Source of the DNA: Wolbachia endosymbiont of Cimex lectularius
Lineage (GTDB): Bacteria; Pseudomonadota; Alphaproteobacteria; Rickettsiales; Anaplasmataceae
Length of the DNA: 32,000 bases
Direction of reading: 5' to 3'
Assembly (NCBI RefSeq): GCF_000829315.1
Contig: NZ_AP013028.1
Span: forward strand, 660,001 to 692,000
The position numbers were made by a program, and so were the translations under genes. Within the stretch, counting starts at the first letter, position 1. Each line of letters opens with the position of its first letter. Positions 17,122-25,682 of the stretch are shown piece by piece. The notes below the pieces were generated by a model. It was not told where the DNA came from. It saw nothing but the letters and a program-made list of their open reading frames with translations, and ran no database searches.

Positions 17122-18065
17122 GATAACCTCTGTATAGCTCTTAGTTTTGCTGAGCGCGCACGTGGATTCGCATTTATCTCTTCCACACTCGCTTTGATCA
17201 CTTTTTTATTTAGGAGAGAAAATGTTCTATAATCAGCAGATCTTGGTTCACACAAACCTCTGAAAAAGGTTTTAATTATACGATCTTCTAAAGAATGAAA
17301 AGTAATGACAATTAGTTTGCCATTCTTATTTAAAATTTCAGATGCAGCCTTAATACCTTTTTCAAGTTCTCCAAGCTCATCGTTTACCCATATTCTGATC
17401 GCCTGAAATGTCCTAGTTGCAGGATCAATTTTACTTTTTCCACGAAATACCACGGAACGTACAATATCCGCGAGTTCAAATGTAGTTTTGATAGGTCTTT
17501 TCCTCCGCGTGTTTACTATTGCCCTTGCAATTTTGCGAGAATGACGTTCCCCTCCGTAGTTGTATATAGTATTGGCAATTTCTTCTTCGCGTAGAGCGTT
17601 AACAAACGTTGAAGCGTTGATTTGAGAAGAGCCACCCATACGCATATCAAGCGGACCATCATGTAAAAATGAAAATCCTCTATTTCCTTCATCAAGCTGC
17701 ATAGACGAGACCCCTATGTCAAATACAACTCCATCCACGCCTTCAGTAATTCTGTCTGGTGTCATTCCATCGCATTTTTTTTTCCGAATTCCAGTGTCAG
17801 CTATTTGGATTCTGCTCAGTATGCTTTTAATATTGCTAAATTTTTCAATAAATAACTTTATCCTATTAGGATATCTAACGCTCAAATCATCATAAAATTT
17901 AACAACCGTTTCGTCTCTATCAATTGCATACACTTTGCAATCAGCGGACTCCAGTATTGCTTTGCTATATCCCCCAGCTCCAAACGTAGCATCCACATAC
18001 ACACCACCATTTTGTAGTGAAAGTTGTAATAGCATCTCTTTTAACAAAACTGGAATATGTTTCAT
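17118..18065 (-). CDS. rsmH: 16S rRNA (cytosine1402-N4)-methyltransferase
   Basis: HIPVLL...DATFGAGGYS...DGVVFDIGVSSMQLD...FHSLEDRI are RsmH/MraW motifs. Confidence 0.9.
   Translation of the reverse strand: MKHIPVLLKEMLLQLSLQNGGVYVDATFGAGGYSKAILESADCKVYAIDRDETVVKFYDDLSVRYPNRIKLFIEKFSNIKSILSRIQIADTGIRKKKCDGMTPDRITEGVDGVVFDIGVSSMQLDEGNRGFSFLHDGPLDMRMGGSSQINASTFVNALREEEIANTIYNYGGERHSRKIARAIVNTRRKRPIKTTFELADIVRSVVFRGKSKIDPATRTFQAIRIWVNDELGELEKGIKAASEILNKNGKLIVITFHSLEDRIIKTFFRGLCEPRSADYRTFSLLNKKVIKASVEEINANPRARSAKLRAIQRLS
17758..17810. repeat. short palindromic-element segment translated in-frame inside rsmH
   Basis: The coding-strand sequence ATCCAAATAGCTGACACTGGAATTCGGAAAAAAAAATGCGATGGAATGACACC parallels AAATAGCTGACACTAGGATCCAGAAAAAGG in the MidA-like gene. 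It encodes IADTGIRKKK, compared with IADTRIQKKE there. Confidence 0.55.
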
Positions 18066-18292
18066 AGTGTTCTATCAAAAGGCTTTGTGTATACAGATAA
18101 AAATAGCTTCCTCACTAAAATATGGTGAAATATATGATATAAAAATACTCGATATAGTCAATGATATAAAAATATTAAGATTTAATGAGATATCACTATT
18201 AATATAATATTCACATAATGCTCACATTTTCCCATTATATTTGAAAAAACAAGGAATATCAATATTATATCAAGTAAACTGCAGAAGATTTT

Positions 18293-19504
18293 ATGCAACA
18301 AATAACAAAAGTAATATTTTCAAGTTTAATTTGTAACACCTTATTGTGGTATGACCATATGCTTTTTGGTTACCTAATCAGTATAATCGGCGGTGTGTTT
18401 TTTCCATCAGATAATCAATTGGTTAGCATACTGAAGGCTTTTGGAGTGTTTGCAGTGGGTTTCCTGATGAGACCAATCGGTGCTGCTATATTTGGCCATA
18501 TTGGTGATAAATATGGAAGAAGGGTTGCTCTATTGCTCTTTATTGTATTAATGACTCTGTCAACTGTACTCATTGCTTTTGTTCCGGGTTATCAAAACAT
18601 TGGGATGCTCGCATCAATACTGGTGGTATGTTTAAGGTTATTGCAAGGTATATCCCTTGGAGGAGAAGCAGGAAATGCCCCGTTTTTAATAGAGCATGCT
18701 CCTAAGGACAAGAAAGGATTCTTTGGCAGTATCGAAGTACTCGGTGCAATTCTTGGTTCAATACTAAGTCTTATAGCGGTACTCATATGCAAAAAAGTAT
18801 CCGATTTTGAATCTTGGGGATGGAGATTACCTTTTGTTTTCAGTTTAGTGATGGGATTAATCAGTATATATACAAGATATATACTTGATGAGAGCCCAGA
18901 GTACAAAAAGCAGAAAAATCCACCTCAATTGCCGTTAAAAGAGTTGTTAAATAGCTATAAAAAACCTTTTCTGATATCGGTAGGGGTCGACATAGTCGAA
19001 AATTCATCTCTTTATATATACTTAGTATTTTTCAATGTGCTTACATCAAAAATAAATACTCATTTTAACCACATGGTGGAAATACTGAGTCAAATTGCGC
19101 TCGGAGGATTGACTATACTGTTTGCAATACTTTCTGACAAGATAGGAAGAGAAAAAGTCATGAAATTTGCATTTATGGCTTTCATAGTAGTAAGTTATCC
19201 AGTTTTTTTAATGATACTAAGTGGTGATAACTTGCTAACCATAGTGGCACATGTTCTTTTTATAATCCCGATAGCTGCATCACTTGGTCCTGTTAGTGCA
19301 CTTATGTGCGAATTATTTCCAACAAAGGTGCGGTATAGCGGATTTAGTTTATCAAGAAATATAGCTGCTGGATTTTTTGGCGGCCTTGCACTATTTATAT
19401 GCACAACAATCATTAAGATTACAGGACAAGAAACTTCAGCAAGCTTTTACATGATTTTCTGTGCGTTGATTGGACTAGTTGCCATATCGCAGATTAAGGA
19501 TTAG
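18293..19504 (+). CDS. MFS transporter, metabolite:H+ symporter (ProP-like) type
   Basis: 403 aa with about 11-12 predicted hydrophobic helices. MRPIGAAIFGHIGDKYGRR is the MFS loop 2-3 signature. Confidence 0.8.
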   Translation: MQQITKVIFSSLICNTLLWYDHMLFGYLISIIGGVFFPSDNQLVSILKAFGVFAVGFLMRPIGAAIFGHIGDKYGRRVALLLFIVLMTLSTVLIAFVPGYQNIGMLASILVVCLRLLQGISLGGEAGNAPFLIEHAPKDKKGFFGSIEVLGAILGSILSLIAVLICKKVSDFESWGWRLPFVFSLVMGLISIYTRYILDESPEYKKQKNPPQLPLKELLNSYKKPFLISVGVDIVENSSLYIYLVFFNVLTSKINTHFNHMVEILSQIALGGLTILFAILSDKIGREKVMKFAFMAFIVVSYPVFLMILSGDNLLTIVAHVLFIIPIAASLGPVSALMCELFPTKVRYSGFSLSRNIAAGFFGGLALFICTTIIKITGQETSASFYMIFCALIGLVAISQIKD

Positions 19505-19525
19505 ATGCTTTTTACAAGGCACAAC

Positions 19526-19620
19526 GGTGTCATTCCAGCGTCACCGCTGGGATAACAGGAAAGGGATTATTTTCATGACACCGTCATAAAGAAACCAATG
19601 TTAGCTACTTGGATAATACC
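19526..19620. repeat. short GC-rich palindromic element copy, followed by an orphan E-repeat tail/end fragment (19625-19662)
   Basis: GGTGTCATTCCAGCGTCACCGCTGGGATAACAGG...CATGACACCGTC...AGCTACTTGGAT, followed by CGCCTTTTTTCTACTTAGTTTAGGTTATG. Confidence 0.5.
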
Positions 19621-19750
19621 CTAGCAATCTTCGCCTTTTTTCTACTTAGTTTAGGTTATGTAAAAAGTTGTAATTTGGCATTAGAATTTTGGTTGACTCG
19701 TTATTACACATACACCATTGCATATAGCAATGGTGTATGTGTATGGGCAG

Positions 19751-20310
19751 TTACTTATGCCCAACGTTCTGGTTAGCGCTCTGGCCAATGTTCTCAAGAT
19801 GATTGGATGTGTTAGTATCGTCCATAGAAGAAAGAGGAGGTGAAGCAGTCTTGTTTTCTTGCACGAAACTTTCGGCAGCTTCGACAACCTTGCTTATACG
19901 TGGTTCTTTTTCTAGTTCTTCACGATGTTTTGAAAAGATTTCACAACTTTCATCATCCATATGCACCATTATTTTACCAAAGCCTGAGGTATTTTCAGAA
20001 AATAGAACCATTTCAATCTTTTCACCATCGCCTACTTCAAAGGCCATCTGAAGTACGCCCTTCATATCGCAATATTGCCCGTTTTGCGTTCGGATTACAT
20101 CACCTTCCCCAAATTTCAGTGCTCCATCTAAATTTTTGAATTCTGGATTATTCAAAAATTTCGCAGGAGTTATAACACTTTCTTCTGGACACTTTACACA
20201 ATAAAATTCATTATCCCTTTCTACTATGATTCCTTCTTTTTTGTCATTTTCAATACTATTACGTACGACTTGCTCTAAACTTGATAAATAGTTTTTACGC
20301 TTCTCTTTTA
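19751..20310 (-). pseudogene. 5'-truncated hypothetical gene, cut by IS copy 2
   Basis: The called ORF starts at a TTG (20155). My manual translation shows the frame stays open for a further 51 codons, right up to the IS boundary at 20310 (...KEKRKNYLSSLEQVVRNSIENDKKEGIIVERDNEFYCVKCPEESVITPAKF-LNNPEF...). No upstream start is present. Confidence 0.55.
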
Positions 20311-20318
20311 GAACCTGT

Positions 20319-20675
20319 TTAAAATCTTCGTAACAGGAGAGAAATGAAGGAGAGGACTATCATCTGTAAGCTAGTGTTGAGCTTCCGCTCGCAATTTTTC
20401 CACAATCGCCTGCACTTTTCTAACCAGGCAAAAGAGCGTTCAACAACCCATCTTTTTGGCAATACGACGAAAGTGTGTAACTCACTTCGCTTTATTACTT
20501 CAACAGTCGCACCAATGATAGCTTTTATTTGTGTTGCAAAATTTTCTCCTGTGTAGCCAGCATCAACCAGTATGTTTTTAACTTCAGAGAGGTTTGCTTT
20601 AGCATTTTCGACCATTTTCACAGCACTGCTACGGTCAGTTGCTTCTGCCGTTGTTACATAAATTGCATGTGGCAA
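20319..20675 (-). CDS. IS transposase DDE part (called only from an internal Met because of the A10 tract)
   Basis: The 118 aa are identical to the C-terminus of the 154-aa OrfB of copies 1 and 3. Confidence 0.75.
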   Translation of the reverse strand: MPHAIYVTTAEATDRSSAVKMVENAKANLSEVKNILVDAGYTGENFATQIKAIIGATVEVIKRSELHTFVVLPKRWVVERSFAWLEKCRRLWKNCERKLNTSLQMIVLSFISLLLRRF

Positions 20676-20795
20676 ACCTTGTGTATCAACTGCAATATGG
20701 CGCTTTATCCCTGAAATCTTTTTACCTGCATCATAGCCTTTTTTTTTTCAGCAGTATCTGCGTTTTTAACGCTTTGAGAATCAATTATACAAAAG

Positions 20796-21116
20796 CTAGT
20801 TTTCTCTTTCCGACCATTGCTGATACGGACCTCTCCAACTAATTTTTTTTAAGACTAATTCCAACAAGCTTGGCTCTTCTCCATTCTTTTTACTCCACAC
20901 TCGAAAATAGTAATATACGCTTTCCCATCTTGGAAAACCCTTTGGTAACATCCTCCACTGACAACCACTTTTTAAGACGTACAACACCCCACAAAATACG
21001 TCATACAAATCAAGTTTTCTTGGTTTTGTTTTCTGCTTGCTACTCTCCAAAATTGGCCTGATTTTTTCAAACTGCTCTTGACTTATATTACTTGGATAAC
21101 TTTTCTGCATAGACAC
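20796..21116 (-). CDS. IS transposase OrfA
   Basis: The 106-aa translation is identical to the other copies. Confidence 0.85.
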   Translation of the reverse strand: MSMQKSYPSNISQEQFEKIRPILESSKQKTKPRKLDLYDVFCGVLYVLKSGCQWRMLPKGFPRWESVYYYFRVWSKKNGEEPSLLELVLKKISWRGPYQQWSEREN

Positions 21117-21288
21117 CTCATTATTAATCTATGCTTACTTTACCTCACATTTCCAAGATTTTAAACAGGTTCTGAGCATTATAGGCTATAAGAAAGGAGA
21201 GTTGAATGATGAGAGTAGTACAAAAGGTCTTTTATATTCTTTAAGATCTGTGGTAGACTAACAAAGGTTGTTTAATCATAAATAGCAA

Positions 21289-21552
21289 ATGGTAAAAGAC
21301 GAGAAATCGAAAACAATTTTTGAGGTGGAAGGGGCAGTAACTGCTTTATTACCTGCAGCAGAATTTAGAGTGAAGCTAGACAACGAACATGAGGTCATTT
21401 GTCATGTATCAGGAAAAGTTAGAAGAAGTAAAATACGCATTGTTATCGGAGATAGAGTGTTGGTAGAGATGAGTATTTACGATAGGAATGCGAAAAAGGG
21501 TAGGATAATTAGAAGGCTTAAAGGTACAAGTGACAGAACGATCTCTAGATAA
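21289..21552 (+). CDS. infA: translation initiation factor IF-1
   Basis: 87 aa. The S1-like fold sequence is ...EGAVTALLPAAEFRVKLDNEHEVICHVSGKVRRSKIRIVIGDRVLVEMSIYD... Confidence 0.9.
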   Translation: MVKDEKSKTIFEVEGAVTALLPAAEFRVKLDNEHEVICHVSGKVRRSKIRIVIGDRVLVEMSIYDRNAKKGRIIRRLKGTSDRTISR

Positions 21553-22126
21553 TCTTATTCTTGCTTCGTCGTCAGAAAGGCGTATAGCCCTACTAAAACA
21601 AATAAGTATTAAGCCAGGTTTAATTTTACCAGCAGATATAGACGAAACTCCTTTAAAAAAGGAACTTCCGAAAGATTATTCAATCCGTATGGCAAAAAGC
21701 AAAGCTGAGAAGATACAAAGCTCAAACCCAGATTATTTTGTGCTTGGTGTTGATACGGTTGTTGCTTGCGGTAGAAGGATATTGCTCAAAACTGAAAACG
21801 TTGAGCAAGCAGAAAAATGTATTCGCCTGTTATCAGGAAGAAGGCATAGAGTATACACCAGTGTGTGTCTACTCACTCCCCATCGATCCAAACAACATAT
21901 TAGAACCGTGGTTACGATAGTGAAATTTAAACGTCTCAGTGAACAAGAAATTAAATATTATTTAGCATCAGAAGAGTGGAAAAATAAGGCAGGGGGGTGC
22001 AATATACAAGGCCTTGCTGGAATGTTTGTATTGTTCTTACGCGGTTCCTACTTTTCCGTTATAGGGTTACCGTTACACGAAACTTATTGCTTGCTGAGCA
22101 ATTATTTTAACCTCAATTTATATTGA
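21530..22126 (+). CDS. maf: Maf-like nucleoside-triphosphate pyrophosphatase
   Basis: It has LILASSSERR...L.PADIDE...DTVV... Maf motifs. The GTG start overlaps infA by 23 nt, so the start is uncertain. Confidence 0.8.
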   Translation: MTERSLDNLILASSSERRIALLKQISIKPGLILPADIDETPLKKELPKDYSIRMAKSKAEKIQSSNPDYFVLGVDTVVACGRRILLKTENVEQAEKCIRLLSGRRHRVYTSVCLLTPHRSKQHIRTVVTIVKFKRLSEQEIKYYLASEEWKNKAGGCNIQGLAGMFVLFLRGSYFSVIGLPLHETYCLLSNYFNLNLY

Positions 22127-23711
22127 CACACCTTTATCTTTTTCTTGCTGTTGCTTGATATATTTAGTCCAAAGTAATCTGTTTTTGTTGCCCAATGCGA
22201 TTCTATTGCGATCATGACTGTTAGTGTGCTCTACTAAAGTAGAATCTCTTTCTTCTTCTATTACTCCAACTTTCAGTTGCGCTACATCTTTTTCTAATAA
22301 TCTATGTAGATTGCTATTTTTATCTATAGTCAGATTAGTATCAGCATTCTCCCGTTCTGCCACTTTTTTTACATCTGTTGAATTGTCTTTTAGCAACCCG
22401 TCTGCTAGTAAACGTTCTCTGGTTTGTTCACTAATTTCTTTTTGATCCACCGGTCTTAGTGGAAACTTTTGAGTTTTTCTATCCAACTTACTGGTAAATT
22501 TAGTAAGTAGAGTGTCATTACTTTGTCCAGCATTCATGAGGCTCTTCTTTAACTGTTTAGGATCTACTTGGGATTGCCCATTACTATCTTGAGTCGGAGA
22601 TGAAGGGTTTGAGTCACTTTGTTCAGCATTTCTTCTGTTTTCCTTCCATTCTCCTAATGCTTTACTTATTTTTTGAAAATTCCTCTCTTCCTCTTCAGGT
22701 TCCTGTCCACTCCTGTGAGAATTTTTCCGTGGTCGAGTGTCACCACTTTGTTCAACGTCAGTATTTCCACTAGTGCTAGTTGGAGATAGAGGTTTGCTAT
22801 CATCATTTTCTCCTTTTTCTACAATATTACTCTGACTATATTTTTTGGATAATTTTTCCTCTAGAGCATTCAAATTTTTATTGTTTTCTCTGCCCTCAAT
22901 CTTATCCTTTAGCCAATTACGTATAGTGTCATACTGGCTACCTTTTTCTATTTTTTCTAAAACATTTTCTATGAATTGTTTTTGCGCCATCTCAGTTGCG
23001 TTAGAGCTTAGTTCACTTTGCTCATCATCTTGGTGATCTAAGCCCTCTTGCTTATCAAAAACATCTTTTTTGAGTGAACTAGTTCAGGTAGCGGTGGAGG
23101 AGGAGTTTTTTTGTTCTGAGAATTCTCTTCAAAAAGCGATTGAAGGTTATAAACTCGACCTTCAGAACTTTCTTTTCGCGCTGCTTGTCTACGCTCGCGC
23201 TTTTCTTTAGCTTCTTGAGAATTGATTTCATTATCAAAATCTTCACTATGTAAGAATTCAATTTCTGCTCTCCGCTCAAGAATCGAAGTCACATCATTTA
23301 GCGGTGGCTTATTTCCGGTATTACCTGACTCCTTAGCATCTTTAGACTTAAATATACCTTCAACTTTTTTTAATGCGACATCTTGTGTTGGTGGCGCAAG
23401 CGCGGCGCTTCTTACTTGCAGGGCCTCCTCAGCAACTGTTTCTTTTTCTCCAGACGCAGTATATCTAAACGTGGTGAATGTAGGGCTGTCATACCGTTCA
23501 TCTTTTTGCCTATTATCTTGATTGCGCTTGCAGGCTCAGCAGAAGTTTGCTCACTGACAACGTTTCCTTTAGGTGGAAGTGAACTAGTTCTAGGTGGCAG
23601 TGGAGGAGGAGTCTGAGACCCAGCCTCTTGAGTTGTATTGGCAGCTTTGTTTTCTTGAATAGGTTTCTCAACATTCTTTTTTATTGCAGCTTCGAATGAT
23701 GGCTTATTCAC
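22118..23711 (-). pseudogene. fragmented gene for a low-complexity, charged, proline-motif protein (three frames: 23711-23412, 23535-23038, 23083-22118)
   Basis: My manual translation shows each downstream piece is open well upstream of its called start and overlaps the previous frame. One junction sits at a T6/A6 run near 23066-23071. It contains TPPPLPPR and TPPPPLPE motifs and an ALKKVEG motif. Confidence 0.55.
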
Positions 23712-23731
23712 CTCTTTCCACCTTCCTTTTG

Positions 23732-24471
23732 CTAAACTTCATATAAGTATAAATTGCCTATTTTTACATCTTTATTCGCTCGTAGCTGTTCTTTATTGAC
23801 ATCATGACCTCCAATACGTTCTACAGAACCATCAGCATTAATATTAATTGTGACAGTACACTTTTCCCCGTTCACATACCAATTTAGCGTCATTTCGTAT
23901 GAACCATCGATTACGACATAATGCCTTATTTTCTTCCTCCTTCCTCAGCAACAAAGCCGTGCATTCCGCTCTTTCCATCGCTATGCAACGTTGAAAACCC
24001 GAAGATTCCATTTTTCTGACAAAAATCACTATTTAAAAATTCGCTGATTTTGAATTCTTTTTTGTTGTCTTCCAGCGTAATACTTGCATGGTTACCGTAT
24101 ATTTTAACACCATTCTTTTTAACACCACCCTCGATATATTGACTTAGCTCCTTTTCGGCTTTTTCTTGAAGTTTTTGTTTAGCTTTATCTTCAAGCTTTT
24201 GTGCAGCTTTCTTTATCTTGTCGCATTCTTAAAGAACAACTTCACACGCTTTATTTTTGTTTTCATCTTCATCCCAATAGGGGTGTTCTATTGAAAACTT
24301 TACTATGTTGAAGTCAACCACGGCGTTGTAAATTGGTTCATCTTTTACTTCATTAGATAAAAGAAGATAAAAATCTTCTTTTATCTCTTTGGACAAAGAC
24401 GAAAAATTTTGAATGAACTCATGATGACTGTGTTCTTGTTGTACATTTTCAGTGTTCATATTCTTCCTCAC
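23732..24471 (-). pseudogene. decayed hypothetical gene (in-frame TAA plus one frameshift)
   Basis: The 80-aa ORF (24471-24229) continues in the same frame after its TAA as ECDKIKKAAQKLEDKAKQKL...HGFVAEEGGRK. The sequence then resumes in another frame as RHYVVIDGSYEMTLNWYVNGEKCTVTININ...LYLYEV, ending at 23732. Confidence 0.5.
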
Positions 24472-24559
24472 TAATAACCCTCTGCCTTTAGCTTGTTAGC
24501 TAATACAATTATTATGGGAATTAGTTGAATTTTTATTAAAGGAGGTTGTATCCAGTTCC

Positions 24560-24819
24560 CACTACACAGAAAGCGGACAGACAACAGTGGAAAAAAGCTA
24601 CCCCATAGAAACAAAAAAACTACTTGACAACTTTCGCCGTTATCCTTATAATGAGATTGAAGCTATTATTTATCTTCAGTCTGTGCAGATAAAACGACAA
24701 AAAACTCAATGTACTTGGCGTCTCATGTTTAATTTTTTGCACTATGTGCATCTCATGTCTTTATAAACTTTCAAGGTTTTACCTAATATAAGCTAAAATG
24801 CGCTCGTTAAAGCATTTAA
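24560..24819 (+). repeat. E-repeat copy 6, 3'-truncated by IS copy 3
   Basis: TTGACA (24624-24629), 17 nt, TATAAT (24647-24652). It has the 5' hairpin GATTGAAG-N11-CTTCAGTC, a TTGGCGT box, a TGCAC-TAT-GTGCA hairpin and a GCGCTCGTTAAAGC hairpin. It is almost identical to copy 3 until the IS junction. Confidence 0.7.
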
Positions 24820-24875
24820 GAACCTGTTTAAAATCTTGGAAATGTGAGGTAAAGTAAGCATAGATTAATAATGAG

Positions 24876-25196
24876 GTGTCTATGCAGAAAAGTTATCCAA
24901 GTAATATAAGTCAAGAGCAGTTTGAAAAAATCAGGCCAATTTTGGAGAGTAGCAAGCAGAAAACAAAACCAAGAAAACTTGATTTGTATGACGTATTTTG
25001 TGGGGTGTTGTACGTCTTAAAAAGTGGTTGTCAGTGGAGGATGTTACCAAAGGGTTTTCCAAGATGGGAAAGCGTATATTACTATTTTCGAGTGTGGAGT
25101 AAAAAGAATGGAGAAGAGCCAAGCTTGTTGGAATTAGTCTTAAAAAAAATTAGTTGGAGAGGTCCGTATCAGCAATGGTCGGAAAGAGAAAACTAG
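24876..25196 (+). CDS. IS transposase OrfA
   Basis: The 106-aa translation is identical to the other copies. Confidence 0.85.
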   Translation: MSMQKSYPSNISQEQFEKIRPILESSKQKTKPRKLDLYDVFCGVLYVLKSGCQWRMLPKGFPRWESVYYYFRVWSKKNGEEPSLLELVLKKISWRGPYQQWSEREN

Positions 25197-25207
25197 CTTT
25201 TGTATAA

Positions 25208-25672
25208 TTGATTCTCAAAGCGTTAAAAACGCAGATACTGCTGAAAAAAAAAGGCTATGATGCAGGTAAAAAGATTTCAGGGATAAAGCGCCATATTGCA
25301 GTTGATACACAAGGTTTGCCACATGCAATTTATGTAACAACGGCAGAAGCAACTGACCGTAGCAGTGCTGTGAAAATGGTCGAAAATGCTAAAGCAAACC
25401 TCTCTGAAGTTAAAAACATACTGGTTGATGCTGGCTACACAGGAGAAAATTTTGCAACACAAATAAAAGCTATCATTGGTGCGACTGTTGAAGTAATAAA
25501 GCGAAGTGAGTTACACACTTTCGTCGTATTGCCAAAAAGATGGGTTGTTGAACGCTCTTTTGCCTGGTTAGAAAAGTGCAGGCGATTGTGGAAAAATTGC
25601 GAGCGGAAGCTCAACACTAGCTTACAGATGATAGTCCTCTCCTTCATTTCTCTCCTGTTACGAAGATTTTAA
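25208..25672 (+). CDS. IS transposase DDE part (OrfB as called)
   Basis: The 154-aa ORF is identical to that of copy 1. Confidence 0.8.
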   Translation: MILKALKTQILLKKKGYDAGKKISGIKRHIAVDTQGLPHAIYVTTAEATDRSSAVKMVENAKANLSEVKNILVDAGYTGENFATQIKAIIGATVEVIKRSELHTFVVLPKRWVVERSFAWLEKCRRLWKNCERKLNTSLQMIVLSFISLLLRRF

Positions 25673-25682
25673 ACAGGTTCTA

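Larger units (their letters stand above)
20311..21172 (-). mobile_element. IS5-family insertion sequence copy 2 (862 bp, T10/A10 variant)
   Basis: Same IRs and ORFs as copy 1. The flanking trinucleotides differ (TTA on the left, TGA on the right). Confidence 0.9.
24820..25680 (+). mobile_element. IS5-family insertion sequence copy 3 (861 bp, A9 variant)
   Basis: IRs are GAACCTGTTTAAAATCTTGG...CGAAGATTTTAAACAGGTTC. TAA lies on both flanks (24817-24819 and 25681-25683). Confidence 0.9.

Noticed and set aside
23844-24029. 61-aa minus-strand ORF
   Set aside because: It lies out of frame within the decayed gene at 23732-24471, whose other frame gives a far more protein-like translation.
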